A stretch of DNA of 64,000 nt from an uncultured Gammaproteobacteria bacterium (GTDB lineage: Bacteria > Pseudomonadota > Gammaproteobacteria > CAWCPV01): assembly GCA_963797555.1 (NCBI GenBank), contig CAWCPV010000014.1, positions 32,001 through 96,000 on the forward strand, given 5' to 3'. Numbering within the stretch: position 1 is the stretch's first letter; every line of letters begins with the position of its first letter. Of this stretch, positions 30,546 through 42,292 are shown piece after piece. Both the position numbers and the translations under genes were made by a program. The notes below the pieces were generated by a model. It worked only from the letters and a program-made list of their open reading frames with translations. It was not told the DNA's origin and did no database searches.

Positions 30546-31685
30546 TCAGCCCATATGTCCGTCAGGCTGCACCGAAAGGATTCGGCTCCGCCAGACCACG
30601 CGGCGGCTGACGTAGCTGGCGCACCACAGAGCGAAGGACATCACGTCCCGTAAGGGGATCAGCAAGCCCGTGCGGCCAGTATCGAGCCCTAGACTGACCC
30701 GCGCCGCTCCGTGGATGGCGTAACGCAATAGGAGAGCGACGACCGGCAGCCCGGCGGCCCAGGGAAGCCCATGCAGGGCGACGCTCGCGAGGAGGCTGAC
30801 GGGAAGCGCGTAGGTGAGGAACGAAAAAGCATGACCAAGAGGCTGCACGGTGCGGATGGTGCGCATCCAGCGCAGCTCGCGCGAAGCCAACGAGCGCAGG
30901 CTGCTCTCGTGGACGACGGTATCCACAAGGTGGTGGGATAGCACCGTCTGCAGACCCTGCCGTCTCGTCAGCTCGCCGAGCACATAATCGTCGGCGAGGT
31001 GCGACGCGAGGGCTTGAAATCCGCCGATCGATTCGAGCACGGAGCGGCGCAGCGCCAGTGTGGCGCCGAAGGCGAAGGCGGTGGATCCCAGGGCGTGCGC
31101 TACCAGCACCGAGGGAAGGAACCACTCGTTGACGTACAGGGCTCCGAGACGCGCCCAGAAAGTGCCGAGAGGTCGGCCCCGGTAGAGGCACGTGACCACC
31201 CCGACCCGCTCGTCCAGAAGCGGCCCCACTATGGAACGCAGGTAAGTGCGGTCCACGCGGATGTCGCTGTCCGCGATCACCAGGTAGGGGTGACGGGCCG
31301 CCGGCAGCATGTTGGCGAGGTTGCTCACCTTGTGGTTGGTCCCGAGCACGCGGTCGTCCACCACCACCTGGATGTCCCGCTCCGGGAACTCGGAGGCCAC
31401 GCGTCGCGCGACGGGTACTGCCGCGTCGGTGCTGTCCCGCAGGCCGAAGATCACCTGGAGCTGCGGATAATCCTGGTTGCAGAAGGATCGCAGGTTCTCA
31501 TACAGCTCGGGCTCGCAGCCACATAAAGGTTTGAGGACGGTCACGGGGGGCAGCGCGCCTGCCGCCGGCGCCCTGCGCCGCCCCCAGGCGAGCAGTGCCA
31601 GGAGCGCGCCCGCGGCATATGTGAGCGAGGCCGCTGTGATCGCGAGGACCCCCGCTGTCGCTGCCTGCGCCCACAGGTGCGTCAC
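30546..31685 (-). CDS. hpnI: Bacteriohopanetetrol glucosamine glycosyltransferase HpnI
   Basis: VTVLKPLCG, NHKVSNL, VIADSDI, LADDYVLG, RELRWMRTIR. Confidence 0.9.
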   Translation of the reverse strand: MTHLWAQAATAGVLAITAASLTYAAGALLALLAWGRRRAPAAGALPPVTVLKPLCGCEPELYENLRSFCNQDYPQLQVIFGLRDSTDAAVPVARRVASEFPERDIQVVVDDRVLGTNHKVSNLANMLPAARHPYLVIADSDIRVDRTYLRSIVGPLLDERVGVVTCLYRGRPLGTFWARLGALYVNEWFLPSVLVAHALGSTAFAFGATLALRRSVLESIGGFQALASHLADDYVLGELTRRQGLQTVLSHHLVDTVVHESSLRSLASRELRWMRTIRTVQPLGHAFSFLTYALPVSLLASVALHGLPWAAGLPVVALLLRYAIHGAARVSLGLDTGRTGLLIPLRDVMSFALWCASYVSRRVVWRSRILSVQPDGHMG

Positions 31686-31986
31686 CCGCCGTCCTCAATC
31701 CAGAGCGGCGATGGCAAGATGTGCGGAGCGGGCGGAACAGGCGGTGCCTGGGTGTCTGGCTCGATGAAGATGCAGCAGCATCTCGTAGAACCCGCGAATG
31801 CGCTCGACCTAACGCATGCCTGATGGCCCTGAGTGCAGCCGGTCCGGACCGTTGAATACCACCGGCGCTGGGCGGCTCCCAACAGCAGGTCCTAGGACGG
31901 CGCTCGCGAACAGGCGCAGGGGGCGATACCTTTCATGCTAAGATAAAACGCCTGCGGCGACAGCAGCGCGACGGGTGTCCCAATTC

Positions 31987-32079
31987 GGAGAGGTACCGAA
32001 GCGGCCACAACGGCGCCGACTCGAAATCGGATGGGGGTCGAGAGGCCCCACGTGGGTTCGAATCCCACCCTCTCCGCCA
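31987..32079 (+). tRNA. tRNA-Ser(CGA)
   Basis: GGAGAGG acceptor; anticodon arm CCGA-CTCGAAA-TCGG; long variable arm; GTTCGAATC; encoded CCA. Confidence 0.95.
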
Positions 32080-32336
32080 AATTTAGGTATCAAGAAATCT
32101 CATATCCTCTCAAAACCCGCACTGCACAAGGCGGTGCCGGCTCTGCTTCATCTCGTACCGTCACATACATCGCTTGACATACCGTCAGTTGTGGCGGTAT
32201 CCGGACGTAGCTTGGGAGCACGTACCGACAAACTACGTGTCTGCCATACTTCCCCAACATCTCCCGCCCATCTGCCTGAAGCTTTGAGGTGACGGAACCG
32301 AACCCGCATCCTTCATCGAGCATCGAGAGGACACCC

Positions 32337-32845
32337 TGCCGCTCACTGTTTCCGCGGCCCGCAACGCCAAGCCCAAACACACGCCGTACAAGCTCGCAGA
32401 CGAGAGGGGACTGTACCTGCTGGTGAAGCCGGCTGGCAAGTACTGGCGCTTCGACTATCGTTTTGCAGGAACGCGCAAGACGTTGGCGATTGGCGTCCTA
32501 CCCCGACGTATCCTTGGAAGATGCGCGGGAGAAGCGAGACGGGGCGCGCAAGCTGCTCGCCGATGGTACCGAACCTGGCCACCATCACAAAGCGCAGAAG
32601 GCCGCCAAGATGACGGGCCAAGCCAATAGCTTCGAGGTGGTAGCGCGCGAATGGCATGCGAAATTCTCGACTGGCTGGTCCCCCAGCATGCCGCGTGGGT
32701 CATCCAGCGGCTGGAGCGTGACGTATTCCCGTGGTTAGGTTCTCGCCCCGTTGCCGAAATTACGGGCCTGAGCTGCTCGTAATGCTGCGGCGCATTGAGC
32801 ATCGCGGTGCTATCGGGACGACCCACCGGGCGTTGCAGTCTCGCC
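32337..32845 (+). pseudogene. P4-like tyrosine integrase, N-terminal remnant
   Basis: NAKPKHTPYKLADERGLYLLVKPAGKYWRFDYRFAGTRKTLAIGV/YPDVSLEDAR..SFEVVAREW; frameshifted, no catalytic domain; directly after the tRNA. Confidence 0.88.
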
Positions 32846-33042
32846 CAAGAGCAGGGTGCCCACCATCAGGCTGGACGGATACGCATACACACTCCTCGTG
32901 TCGTCATGGAAGGCCCTCCTTGGCGATGCTCCCCCTGGCCGCATTTCGTCCAGAAGGCATCTCGGGGCCGGCGGATTGCCTAGGCAGCGGCAGGCCCGGA
33001 TGAATGCGGGCCTGCCACTCGCCGAGTTTGGCCTTAACTTAA

Positions 33043-33068
33043 GAAAGCCCCGCTCCGTGAGCGGGGCT
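33043..33068 (-). terminator. Rho-independent terminator
   Basis: AGCCCCGCTC-CGT-GAGCGGGGCT hairpin with a T-run on the minus strand, downstream of ORF 33092-33370. Confidence 0.7.
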
Positions 33069-33091
33069 GCAGGCAAGACTGCTGACTCCGC

Positions 33092-33370
33092 TTACTTAGC
33101 CGGTGCGGCGGGAGCCTCGCCCGCCGGAGCCGCGGGCGCTTCGGGGGCTGCCGGAGCGGCCTTATGCTGCGTGGTGTGGTGCTTCGAGGTGTGCTTCTCG
33201 ATGCAGGTCTTCATGTAAGCCTCGTGCTTCTCCTCGGGGACCTTGTGCTTCTTGGCCAGAGCCTCGCAAGTCTGTTCGGGCGTCTTGTGCTTGGTCGTGG
33301 CCATCGCCGGCAGCGAGGAGGCGGCGAAGCATACGCTCAGCGCGGTAACGGCTAGGACGGTCTTTTTCAT
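33092..33370 (-). CDS. Small secreted protein (PsiF-like two-Cys motif, Ala/Pro-rich tail)
   Basis: Signal peptide MKKTVLAVTALSVCFAASSLPAMA; CEALAKKH...AYMKTC; GGAGA RBS. Confidence 0.7.
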   Translation of the reverse strand: MKKTVLAVTALSVCFAASSLPAMATTKHKTPEQTCEALAKKHKVPEEKHEAYMKTCIEKHTSKHHTTQHKAAPAAPEAPAAPAGEAPAAPAK

Positions 33371-34140
33371 CAGAGCATCTCCTAGGTGCAGTTGGAACCA
33401 GCCGAAGCGACTTCCCAGGGCCGGGAAAGGTCGCGGCAATTGACTCGATCCGCAGCGTCAGGCTGATCCGAAATGCCTTTGCCTTGGTCTCTCAGCACCT
33501 TCCGGTTCATTCAGTCGGTGCTAGGGGACCAATTTACTTGCTCGAAGCGGGAAACCGAATCACAGGGTTGTACGAAGTTGTAAGAAGATGTCACGGCGCC
33601 GGGGGCTGATCGCTGTGCGGGCGACCGGGCTCGGTCCCGGGACGCTGCGATTTGGGCACCTAGTGTCTTCCGTTACGCCGAATGGCTACGCGTCCGGTTG
33701 AAATTGTCTGCTGCAGCCTGTCAGCAGGCAAATTCTGCTGTACTCTCTCCCGGCAGGCTCACGTGAATAACAGCACTCGGTCCAGCCCGTGCTACCCATA
33801 ACCCACGGCTCCATCCTGCCCCTCTACCGGTCACGTGCCGCACTCCCGAAGCCGCTGCATGGCTTCGCCCAGGCGAGCGTGCACCTGCCCCGCCCACCGT
33901 GGGCGCCGGGTAGGGGCCTGCCACGCCGCTTGGTACGCCTCCAGCAGTTCGCGGCGCACCTCTACGCTGATGCGGGCGATCACTACCTGGGCACGCGCTT
34001 GCTGTTCGGCAACAGCCTGCGCTATGTGACGGTTCCAGGGCCATTGGCTGGCGAGCGCCAGAGTCCGCGTCTGGCCTCGTCGCTGGTCCCTCGGGGAAAG
34101 CTGCTCCTGGGGTGCCTTTGGCAGCGATGCCCGTGGACCC

Positions 34141-34330
34141 TTGGGTGAATCGGCTCGGCGGCCACCTGTCTGGCCGGCCCGTGGCCCTCCCCCGCCGGTG
34201 GAGACCCTCGACCAGATGCCCGCCTTCGACCCCACGGAATGTCAGTCGGTGCCCGGCTTCGAGTTCGACCAGACCGTGGCCTGGTAGCTCCGCCTCCGCA
34301 AGGGGCACGGCAGCGTTCGCGCGGCCCGAC
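34141..34330 (+). mobile_element. IS91/ISCR-like transposase 3' remnant
   Basis: LGESARRPPVWPARGPP...DQMPAFDP...PGFEFDQTVAW* (stop 34287); downstream CCGCAAGGG..ACGGCAGCGTTCGCGC is shared with the copy at 63.2 kb. Confidence 0.7.
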
Positions 34331-34817
34331 GGTGAGCCAGCGGAAGCGGGATCGTGCCGTTGTTGTCCCCACGCTTTTCCCATGTGGCAGGCTCAAGGGA
34401 ACCCCGCCGTGCGGCCGGATCCCTGAGACGGACCGCGGGATTGGGGCCGGCCCGTCTATAATCGAGACAGCGGCCTGTCGATGGAATCAAGCTGTGTGGA
34501 GAGATCGTCTCCATTCAGAAGGAGATATACACGGTAAAATCCCCCAGTCTCGGTATCATCGACATCGACAGCTCCAAGATCCGGCTGATTCGCTTGAAGC
34601 CGACTAGCACGCAAACAGAGGCACAGGGCCGACGGCTATACTGCTATTCGTTGTGCTCAACTGGCAGCGACTCAGGGGCTTTGAGTTCTGGGCCAAAGCA
34701 AGTGCGGGAGTGAAGTTCCGTGGCGGGATCGAGCAGCCGTCGTGGAAAGCGAAAGCCGTGCCTCGGAAACGGGAACGAAAATACAGGAGAGTCGCCCGTA
34801 GGGATTCGCACAAGAAC

Positions 34818-35546
34818 GTGACCAGGACCATCTGTTCAGCACTATTCCTGTTGGCCGCGATGGTCGCACACGGCGGCCCATCCGCTAGACTTGATCCTGA
34901 GGAATGGCTCAGGGAGGCTGAGGCTGCTTACGACAGAGTCACAAGTTACACCGCCGTCTTTCATAAACAGCAGCGCGTTGCCGGAAAGCTCCTTCCCGAA
35001 GAAACCATACTGCTCAAGTGCAGAAAGAAACCATTCAGTCTGTATATGAAGTGGATAAGAGCGCCTTACAAGGGAAGCGAGTTGCTGTATGTGGCAGGCT
35101 GGAATGAAGGCCGGATCAGGGCTCACAGGGGCGGGATACTGCGCTTCATCGTACGCAATCTCGACCCAAGGGACCCGCGGCTCATGGCGAGAGAACTTCG
35201 TCCGGTCACCAGTACGGGGATTGGATACCTCCTGGAAACCGTGGCGACAAACATCCGCAAGGCGATCAAGGTCGGCGAACTCACCTTCTCGGAGCATGGA
35301 GCAGAAACGCTGTACGGCAGGAACACGCAGGTCCTGGAAGTGGTTTTCCCAAAGGAGCAGGCAAAGGACTACGATGGTTACCGGTATGTCATCAACCAGG
35401 ATGTCGAGAGCAAGATCCTGGTGAGGATCAGAGTCTATGACCGGCATGACCAGCTCGTCGAGAACTACGGCTACGAGGACCTTGACCTTAACGCGGCACT
35501 CGCGGACGCCGCGTTCGATCCGAAGAATCCTGAGTATCACTTCTGA
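34818..35546 (+). CDS. Exported protein, DUF1571/LolA-like
   Basis: Signal-like N-terminus; YTAVFHKQQRVAGKL..KPFSLYMKW..GSELLYVAGWNEG..FDPKNPEYHF; start uncertain. Confidence 0.75.
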   Translation: MTRTICSALFLLAAMVAHGGPSARLDPEEWLREAEAAYDRVTSYTAVFHKQQRVAGKLLPEETILLKCRKKPFSLYMKWIRAPYKGSELLYVAGWNEGRIRAHRGGILRFIVRNLDPRDPRLMARELRPVTSTGIGYLLETVATNIRKAIKVGELTFSEHGAETLYGRNTQVLEVVFPKEQAKDYDGYRYVINQDVESKILVRIRVYDRHDQLVENYGYEDLDLNAALADAAFDPKNPEYHF

Positions 35547-35599
35547 GAGCGCAGGGGAACCTTTCTTTTCACCGACAGGGGTCTGAGCCTGATAGCTGC

Positions 35600-35665
35600 G
35601 CCCAACCAGCCGTTGCACCGGAGGTGCGGAGCAGCGGCGTCGTTGCTCGCCGCGCCTCGGTGACA
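35600..35665 (+). other. Truncated attC-like site
   Basis: GCCCAAC-CAGCC-GTTGCACCGGA...GCGGC..GCCGC..CGGTGA downstream of the gene; no clear GTTRRRY end. Confidence 0.35.
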
Positions 35666-35976
35666 TCAACTCAATAAAGAAGAATACCGATGAAGTACAT
35701 GATCAGTCTGACATCCGAGAAGATCACATCGGACGGGCCGCCATGCGTTCGCGAGCCAGCCTGTGTGCCGGCATGCGTATGGTGCTTCTTTAGCGCGCCG
35801 TGCCGGGTGCCGTGAAGCATTGAAGGCAGAGATGAGTTCGGGTCCGAGAACGTGATGACCACACACTTCGCGTCTGCCGAGCGATGCCCTACGGGAAGCG
35901 CTGCCTCCGGAGCCCGACAGGGAGGCGTCGGCTGGGCCCACGCCCTTCCACCCACCCTGCACCGTCACTCTGGGGT

Positions 35977-36573
35977 CTAGGGAGCGGGCGTCACCGAGAT
36001 AGCCACTGCCTCCGTGTAGCTGGCGCTGACGGCGTCGCCGACCTTGATGTTCTCGAGGTCGACGGCGGGCCCCACTTTCAGGACCACCGTCCGCTTGGCG
36101 CCCTTGATGGTCACCTTCCTCGTTTTCAGGTCGATGGCCTGGATGGTCCCGACCAAATCCACCGTCCTCGACACGATTCCACCGGGCTTCTCGCCAAGCG
36201 GGGTGCGGGACATGGTCGTGGTTTCCTTCCTCTCGCGGATTCCGCTGCTCCCCTTATCGAGCTTGAGCGCCAGCCCCTCGTAGTATTCCACGGTCACGTG
36301 ATCGCCCACCTTGAGCTGGGGAAGGTTCCGCGCCTCGGGCCCGACCACCACGTCGACCACCTCCCCCTCAGGATTCTTGAGGGTGACCACCCGATTTTTC
36401 AGATCCACGGCCTGTACCGTCGCGGTCAACGTCGAGACGACCGAAGCCCCTACCCCCGGGCCCGACCCTGTCGTCGCGGGACCCTGTTCTGGGGATGGTT
36501 CCTGCGCCAGAATCACGCCCGCCGACGAGACCAACAGCGTCGCTGCCAGTGCAGCCTTGATGGAAGGATTCAT
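35977..36573 (-). CDS. Periplasmic beta-barrel repeat hypothetical protein
   Basis: Signal peptide; two internal repeats, ATVQAVDLKNRVVTLK..LKVGDHV and GTIQAIDLKTRKVTIK..IKVGDAV. Confidence 0.8.
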   Translation of the reverse strand: MNPSIKAALAATLLVSSAGVILAQEPSPEQGPATTGSGPGVGASVVSTLTATVQAVDLKNRVVTLKNPEGEVVDVVVGPEARNLPQLKVGDHVTVEYYEGLALKLDKGSSGIRERKETTTMSRTPLGEKPGGIVSRTVDLVGTIQAIDLKTRKVTIKGAKRTVVLKVGPAVDLENIKVGDAVSASYTEAVAISVTPAP

Positions 36574-37081
36574 AACCAAGCTCCTCCTTCGAGCAAGCAA
36601 ATAAGGTTACCGGGATTCGAGCACCCTGGGACTCGCGGCCTGTCGCAGGGCGGCCGTCCCCAGTCCCGCAACCCTTCGCGTTTCGTGTCCTGGAGATCGA
36701 CTCTCGGGCCGACCGGTAGTGTACCCACGAAGCGTTACGGATAAAAGCTGTATTTTGGCATGACCAGTGCCGCCGCCCGCCAGCGATGGGCGCAGATAAG
36801 TTTCCCACCGTGGCCGACCTCGGGACGCGTCTTGCGGACGGGGTGTGCGGCGCCCGGAAAGGCACCACCACGAGGGAACAATGGATGTGGAGACTTTCTT
36901 GTCGGGGCGATCCGTGCTCGGGGTCCTGCTTGACGGCTGAACAAGTACCTCCCTCGACGTGTTACGGCTGCCTGATGGCCAAGCCCGTCAATGAGGGAAC
37001 GTTCAACTGCCAGCGGGAGGGCCGGTCCGAGTGGAAGAAGGTGTCCCGGCAGCCCCTTGGGAACCGCAGCGCGGGGAGTGT

Positions 37082-37151
37082 TGGTTGTACTGCACCCGTA
37101 CGTCCGCTCTCCGCCATGTCGCTGCCGATATCGCGCCGGACGCGAATGGCG
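37082..37151 (-). repeat. Non-coding repeat family, copy C
   Basis: Reverse complement CGCCATTCGCGTCCGGCGCGATATCGGCAGCGACATGGCGGAGAGCGGACGTACGGGTGCAGTACAACCA aligns with 37673 and 62904. Confidence 0.75.
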
Positions 37152-37162
37152 GGTCATGTTAA

Positions 37163-37276
37163 GCGGTTATCAGATGCCTACCGCCGAGTGAAGGCGGTCG
37201 ACAGAGAAGCCGCACGGGAAGATCGTGGTTTGACCTGCCGGTTACCGTGGTCGGCGGCAGGCGTCTGATGAGCCGC
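37163..37276. repeat. Small MITE-like element with imperfect terminal inverted repeats
   Basis: ATCAGATGCCTACCGCCGA (37169) and TCGGCGGCAGGCGTCTGAT (37251-37269), 17/19 complementary. Confidence 0.5.
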
Positions 37277-37672
37277 GAGGGAGGCAACCGCGGGGGCTGT
37301 GGCACGAGGCCGGAAGCGCGAAGGCGCTATGGGGATTTGAATCGAGCCTATGGGTCGCAGAGGGGGGTGGGACCGTGCGGGTGAGGGCTGCAGGGTGCTG
37401 CGCGCAGGGAGAACAGAGAACACAAACTTCAGCCTACCCGTCGGCAAGGAACCGGCTTACTCTCCGGTGCGTGGCCTGGTTCCGCGTACTATTCAGCATG
37501 GTGGAATCCGGTCAGCGAGGCGATAGCGCATCCCGCAATAAGATAGCAAGGTCCGACCAAGGTCTTGGCACTCAGCGGCTCGTACGGTGCGAAGTCCGAG
37601 CACAAACCGGTTTGGGCCGGCTGTTGCCCGTCGGGCTGATCCTAAGGGACAGTGGCGGCCGAAAGGCCGGAG

Positions 37673-37773
37673 TCGACCCAAAGCGGCCATTCGGTTCCGG
37701 CACGATATCGGCAAGGACCTCGCGGAAAGCGGACGTACGGATGCAGTGCACCCAGCGGCGCAGAAGTGCGTTC
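37673..37773 (+). repeat. Non-coding repeat family, copy A
   Basis: TCGACCCAAAGCGGCCATT...GCGGAAAGCGGACGTACGGATGCAGTGCACCCAGCGG...TGCGTTC. Confidence 0.8.
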
Positions 37774-37779
37774 GACGAG

Positions 37780-39099
<1,320 letters not shown>

Positions 39100-39132
39100 T
39101 CAAGTTGTTCTCGTCCCCCGTCCATCCGGACG

Positions 39133-40167
39133 TCAGGGCTTCACCATGACCTTGATCGCTTCGCGTTGGTTCATCGCGCGGTATCCGTCCGGCACCTCAT
39201 CGAGGCCGACGACACGGTCGAGAACGCGGCCGGGCTCGATGCGGCCTTCGAGGACGTCGGGCAGGAGTTCCTCGATGTAGGCGCGCACCGGGGCGGGGCC
39301 GCCGCTCACGGTGACGTTGTTGAAGAACGCCGGCTGCGAGGCGGGCATCGTGTCGTCCTCGGGCAGGCCAACGCGGCCGACCGCGCCGCCTGGACGGGTG
39401 ATCTCGATCGCGGTCTGCATCGCCTGGGCAAGGCCGACACACTCGAGCACGGAATCGACGCCATAGCCGCCGGTGAGCTTGCGCACGCGCTCGACCGCCT
39501 CGGCGCCGCGTTCGCTCACGATGTCGGTCGCGCCGAACTCCCTCGCCAGCGCGATTCGGTCGGGATGGCGGCCGAGGATAATGATCTGCTCCGCGCCGAG
39601 GCGTTTCGCGGCGATCACGCCGCACAAGCCGACCGCGCCGTCTCCGACGACGGCGACGGGCTTCCCGGGGCCAACTTTGGCAGCGACGGCGGCGTGATGG
39701 CCCGTCCCCATCACGTCCGACAGCGTGAGAAGCGACGGTATCAGCGCGTCGTCCTCGCGGACCGACAGGGCGAAAAGCGTTCCGTCCGCCAGCGGGACCC
39801 GTACCGCTTCGGCCTGCGCGCCAGCGACCTCACCGATGCCGAAGAACCCGCCGTGGATGCACGAGGTGTGCAGCCCTTGGTGGCAGAAAACACAGGTACC
39901 GTCTGAGTAGGCGAACGGCATGACGACGAGATTGCCGACCTTCAACGTGCGGACGTCGGCGCCGACGGCTTCGATGACACCGATCGCTTCGTGCCCCATC
40001 CTGCGGCCGGTCCCGCTCGGCTCCAGCGTCCGGTACGGCCAGAGGTCGCTGCCGCAGATGCAGGCGCGGGTGATGCGGACGAGCGCATCGGTCGGATTGA
40101 CCAAGGTGGCGTCAGGGACGTTCTCGATCCGGACGTCGCCGGCGCTGTACATGACAGTTGCACGCAT
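39133..40167 (-). CDS. Zinc-dependent alcohol dehydrogenase family protein
   Basis: CICGSDLWPY, GHEAIG, VVGDGAVGL. Confidence 0.92.
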   Translation of the reverse strand: MRATVMYSAGDVRIENVPDATLVNPTDALVRITRACICGSDLWPYRTLEPSGTGRRMGHEAIGVIEAVGADVRTLKVGNLVVMPFAYSDGTCVFCHQGLHTSCIHGGFFGIGEVAGAQAEAVRVPLADGTLFALSVREDDALIPSLLTLSDVMGTGHHAAVAAKVGPGKPVAVVGDGAVGLCGVIAAKRLGAEQIIILGRHPDRIALAREFGATDIVSERGAEAVERVRKLTGGYGVDSVLECVGLAQAMQTAIEITRPGGAVGRVGLPEDDTMPASQPAFFNNVTVSGGPAPVRAYIEELLPDVLEGRIEPGRVLDRVVGLDEVPDGYRAMNQREAIKVMVKP

Positions 40168-40198
40168 AGTGGCTTCCCTCCGGTTCCCGGTTGGCTCT

Positions 40199-40609
40199 CT
40201 ATTCGGCGCTCAATGCGCCCTCGTATTGCTCCTCGCTGACCTTCTCCACCCACTCGACGACCTTGCCGTCGAGCGCTTCCTGAATGGCGATGTGGGTCAT
40301 GGCCTTGGTCGCCATGGCACCGTGCCAGTGCTTCTCGCCCGGTGGGCACCGGACCACGTCACCTGGCCGAATCTTCCTGGCCGGCTCTCCCCAGCACTGG
40401 ACCAGGCCGCAGCCGGAGGTCACGATGAGGGTTTGGCCCAGCGGGTGGGTGTGCCATGCGGTCCGGGCGCCGGGCTCGAACGTGACGCTGGCGCCGCGCA
40501 CGCGTGCCGGCTCGGGTGCCTCGAACAGGGGGTCAATACGTACATGGCCGGCGAAATACTCGGCCGGCCCGTTGCTGGAGGGTTGTGAGCCGCTTCGTTG
40601 GATGTCCAT
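40199..40609 (-). CDS. Cupin-domain protein
   Basis: [18 protein letters not shown]...[18 protein letters not shown]. Confidence 0.9.
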   Translation of the reverse strand: MDIQRSGSQPSSNGPAEYFAGHVRIDPLFEAPEPARVRGASVTFEPGARTAWHTHPLGQTLIVTSGCGLVQCWGEPARKIRPGDVVRCPPGEKHWHGAMATKAMTHIAIQEALDGKVVEWVEKVSEEQYEGALSAE

Positions 40610-40736
40610 TGCTAAACTCCTTGTCTCAGCCAAGCAGTCGCTTATCTGTCAACTGCTGCTGAGGACAATGGTAGCTCCAGCGGGAGCAAATGATTAGACG
40701 GTACAATTCGCATGGACTTATGAGGTGCCTTCATAA

Positions 40737-41631
40737 ATGCCGCGCGAAGACTTCAACGATCTCCTTGCCTTCCTCGTGGTTGCGCGGGACCGCAGCTTTA
40801 CCAAAGCGGCGGCGAAGCTCGGGGTATCCCAATCGGCGTTGAGCCACACCATCCGTGGGCTTGAAGCGAGACTGGGCTTTCGGCTGCTGAACCGCACCAC
40901 GCGCAGCGTCTCCCCGACTCAAGCGGGTGAACGCCTGCTCCGGACCGTGGGCCCCCGCTTCGAGGAGATCGAGGCCGAGGTGGCGGCTCTGAGCGAGCTT
41001 CGGGACAAACCCGCTGGCAGCATTCGGATCACGGCCACCGACTATGCGGTCGACACGATCCTCTGGCCGAAACTCGCGAAATTCCTACGGGAGTATCCAG
41101 ACATCCAGGTCGAGATCATCATCGACTACGGCCTGACCGACATCGTTGCCCAAGGTTATGACGTTGGTGTGCGAGCCGGCGAGCAGGTGGCGAAGGACAT
41201 GATGGCAGTCCGTATCGGGCCGGACATGCGTATGGCGGTCGTCGCCGCCCCATCGTATTTCGCGAAGCGATCCCCACCGAAGAAGCCACGGGACCTAACC
41301 GACCACAATTGCATCAACTTGCGACTGCCGACCCATGGCGAGTTGTACGCCTGGGAGTTCGAACGAGGCGACCGCGAACTGAAGGTGCACGTCGAAGGCC
41401 AGCTCGTCTTCAACGGCACCTTCCAGATGCTCAACGCGGCCCTGGACGGATTCGGCTTGGCCTATGTGCCGGAGGACGTGGCGCCGCCCCATCTCGCCAA
41501 GGGGCGTCTCAAGCGGGTGCTTGAGGATTGGTGCCCGCCTTTTTTTCGGACATCATCTCTATTACCCAAGCCGGCGACAGTCCTCACGAGCATTCGCCCT
41601 GCTGGTCGATGCGCTGCGCTACCGGGGTTAA
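40737..41631 (+). CDS. LysR-family regulator, with a frameshift at the T-homopolymer near 41540
   Basis: HTH SFTKAAAKLGVSQSALSHTIRGLE; the shifted frame gives HLYYPSRRQSSRAFALLVDALRYRG*; divergent from cupin/ADH/AKR. Confidence 0.9.
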
Positions 41632-42292
41632 CACAGCGGCGCCATTCTGGATTTGAGGGCACTCAGGTTCGGTTGAGGACCTGCGCCGAACTGCCGCCAA
41701 AAGCGATGCTTGCCAACGTCTCGATCCAGACCGGTGCAATCTGCCCTCCGGTGTAAAGCGTTCACTGCGGCTGCACGGTGATTTCCGGTGCCAGGCCAAT
41801 GTCCGCTGATGGCCGAGAACGGACGTTCATGTAGCTGGCCCCCGCAGCTCGGCGCCGCAACGACTGCTCCCCCTCGATGTGCTCTCATTCCTTCGCCGCA
41901 CGACCCACGCTACCAGTCTCATTAAGGGACGCGCAATGGCTGAGAAAGGCAAAACACGGGAATTTTACCAAAAAGAACACTGCATTTTTTGCGTTCCCTC
42001 AGGCGCCGCCGGCGCTACCACTTGTCCCAGTGGCCGAGATGCTTATGGATAGCCCACCTTTTGTGTGCGGTGCAGCAACAATATGGCTCAAGGGTAAAGG
42101 GTAAAGGGAGAAGATTCCGGTGAGTACTTTGTTGTGGTGGCCGGAGTGAGGCCATGGGTATGGAAAACCTCGACGGCAACGGAAACCTGCGGCATGGGGC
42201 TGATCGCGCCTCGGCCTTGGTTATTGCCAGCCCCTGAAAAGGAACCTGAAACAGATATCCGAGTACGTCAAGGTTACGCTACCGGAGAAAAA

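Noticed and set aside
33445-33545. TPP or yybP-ykoY riboswitch
   Set aside because: Only fragments match (GCTGAGA, GAGACC) and the other conserved core elements are absent; kept only as an unnamed candidate
33790-34110. Possible minus-strand gene fragment (HIAQAVAEQQARAQVVIARISVEVRRELLEAY)
   Set aside because: Protein-like, but no start, RBS or recognisable family
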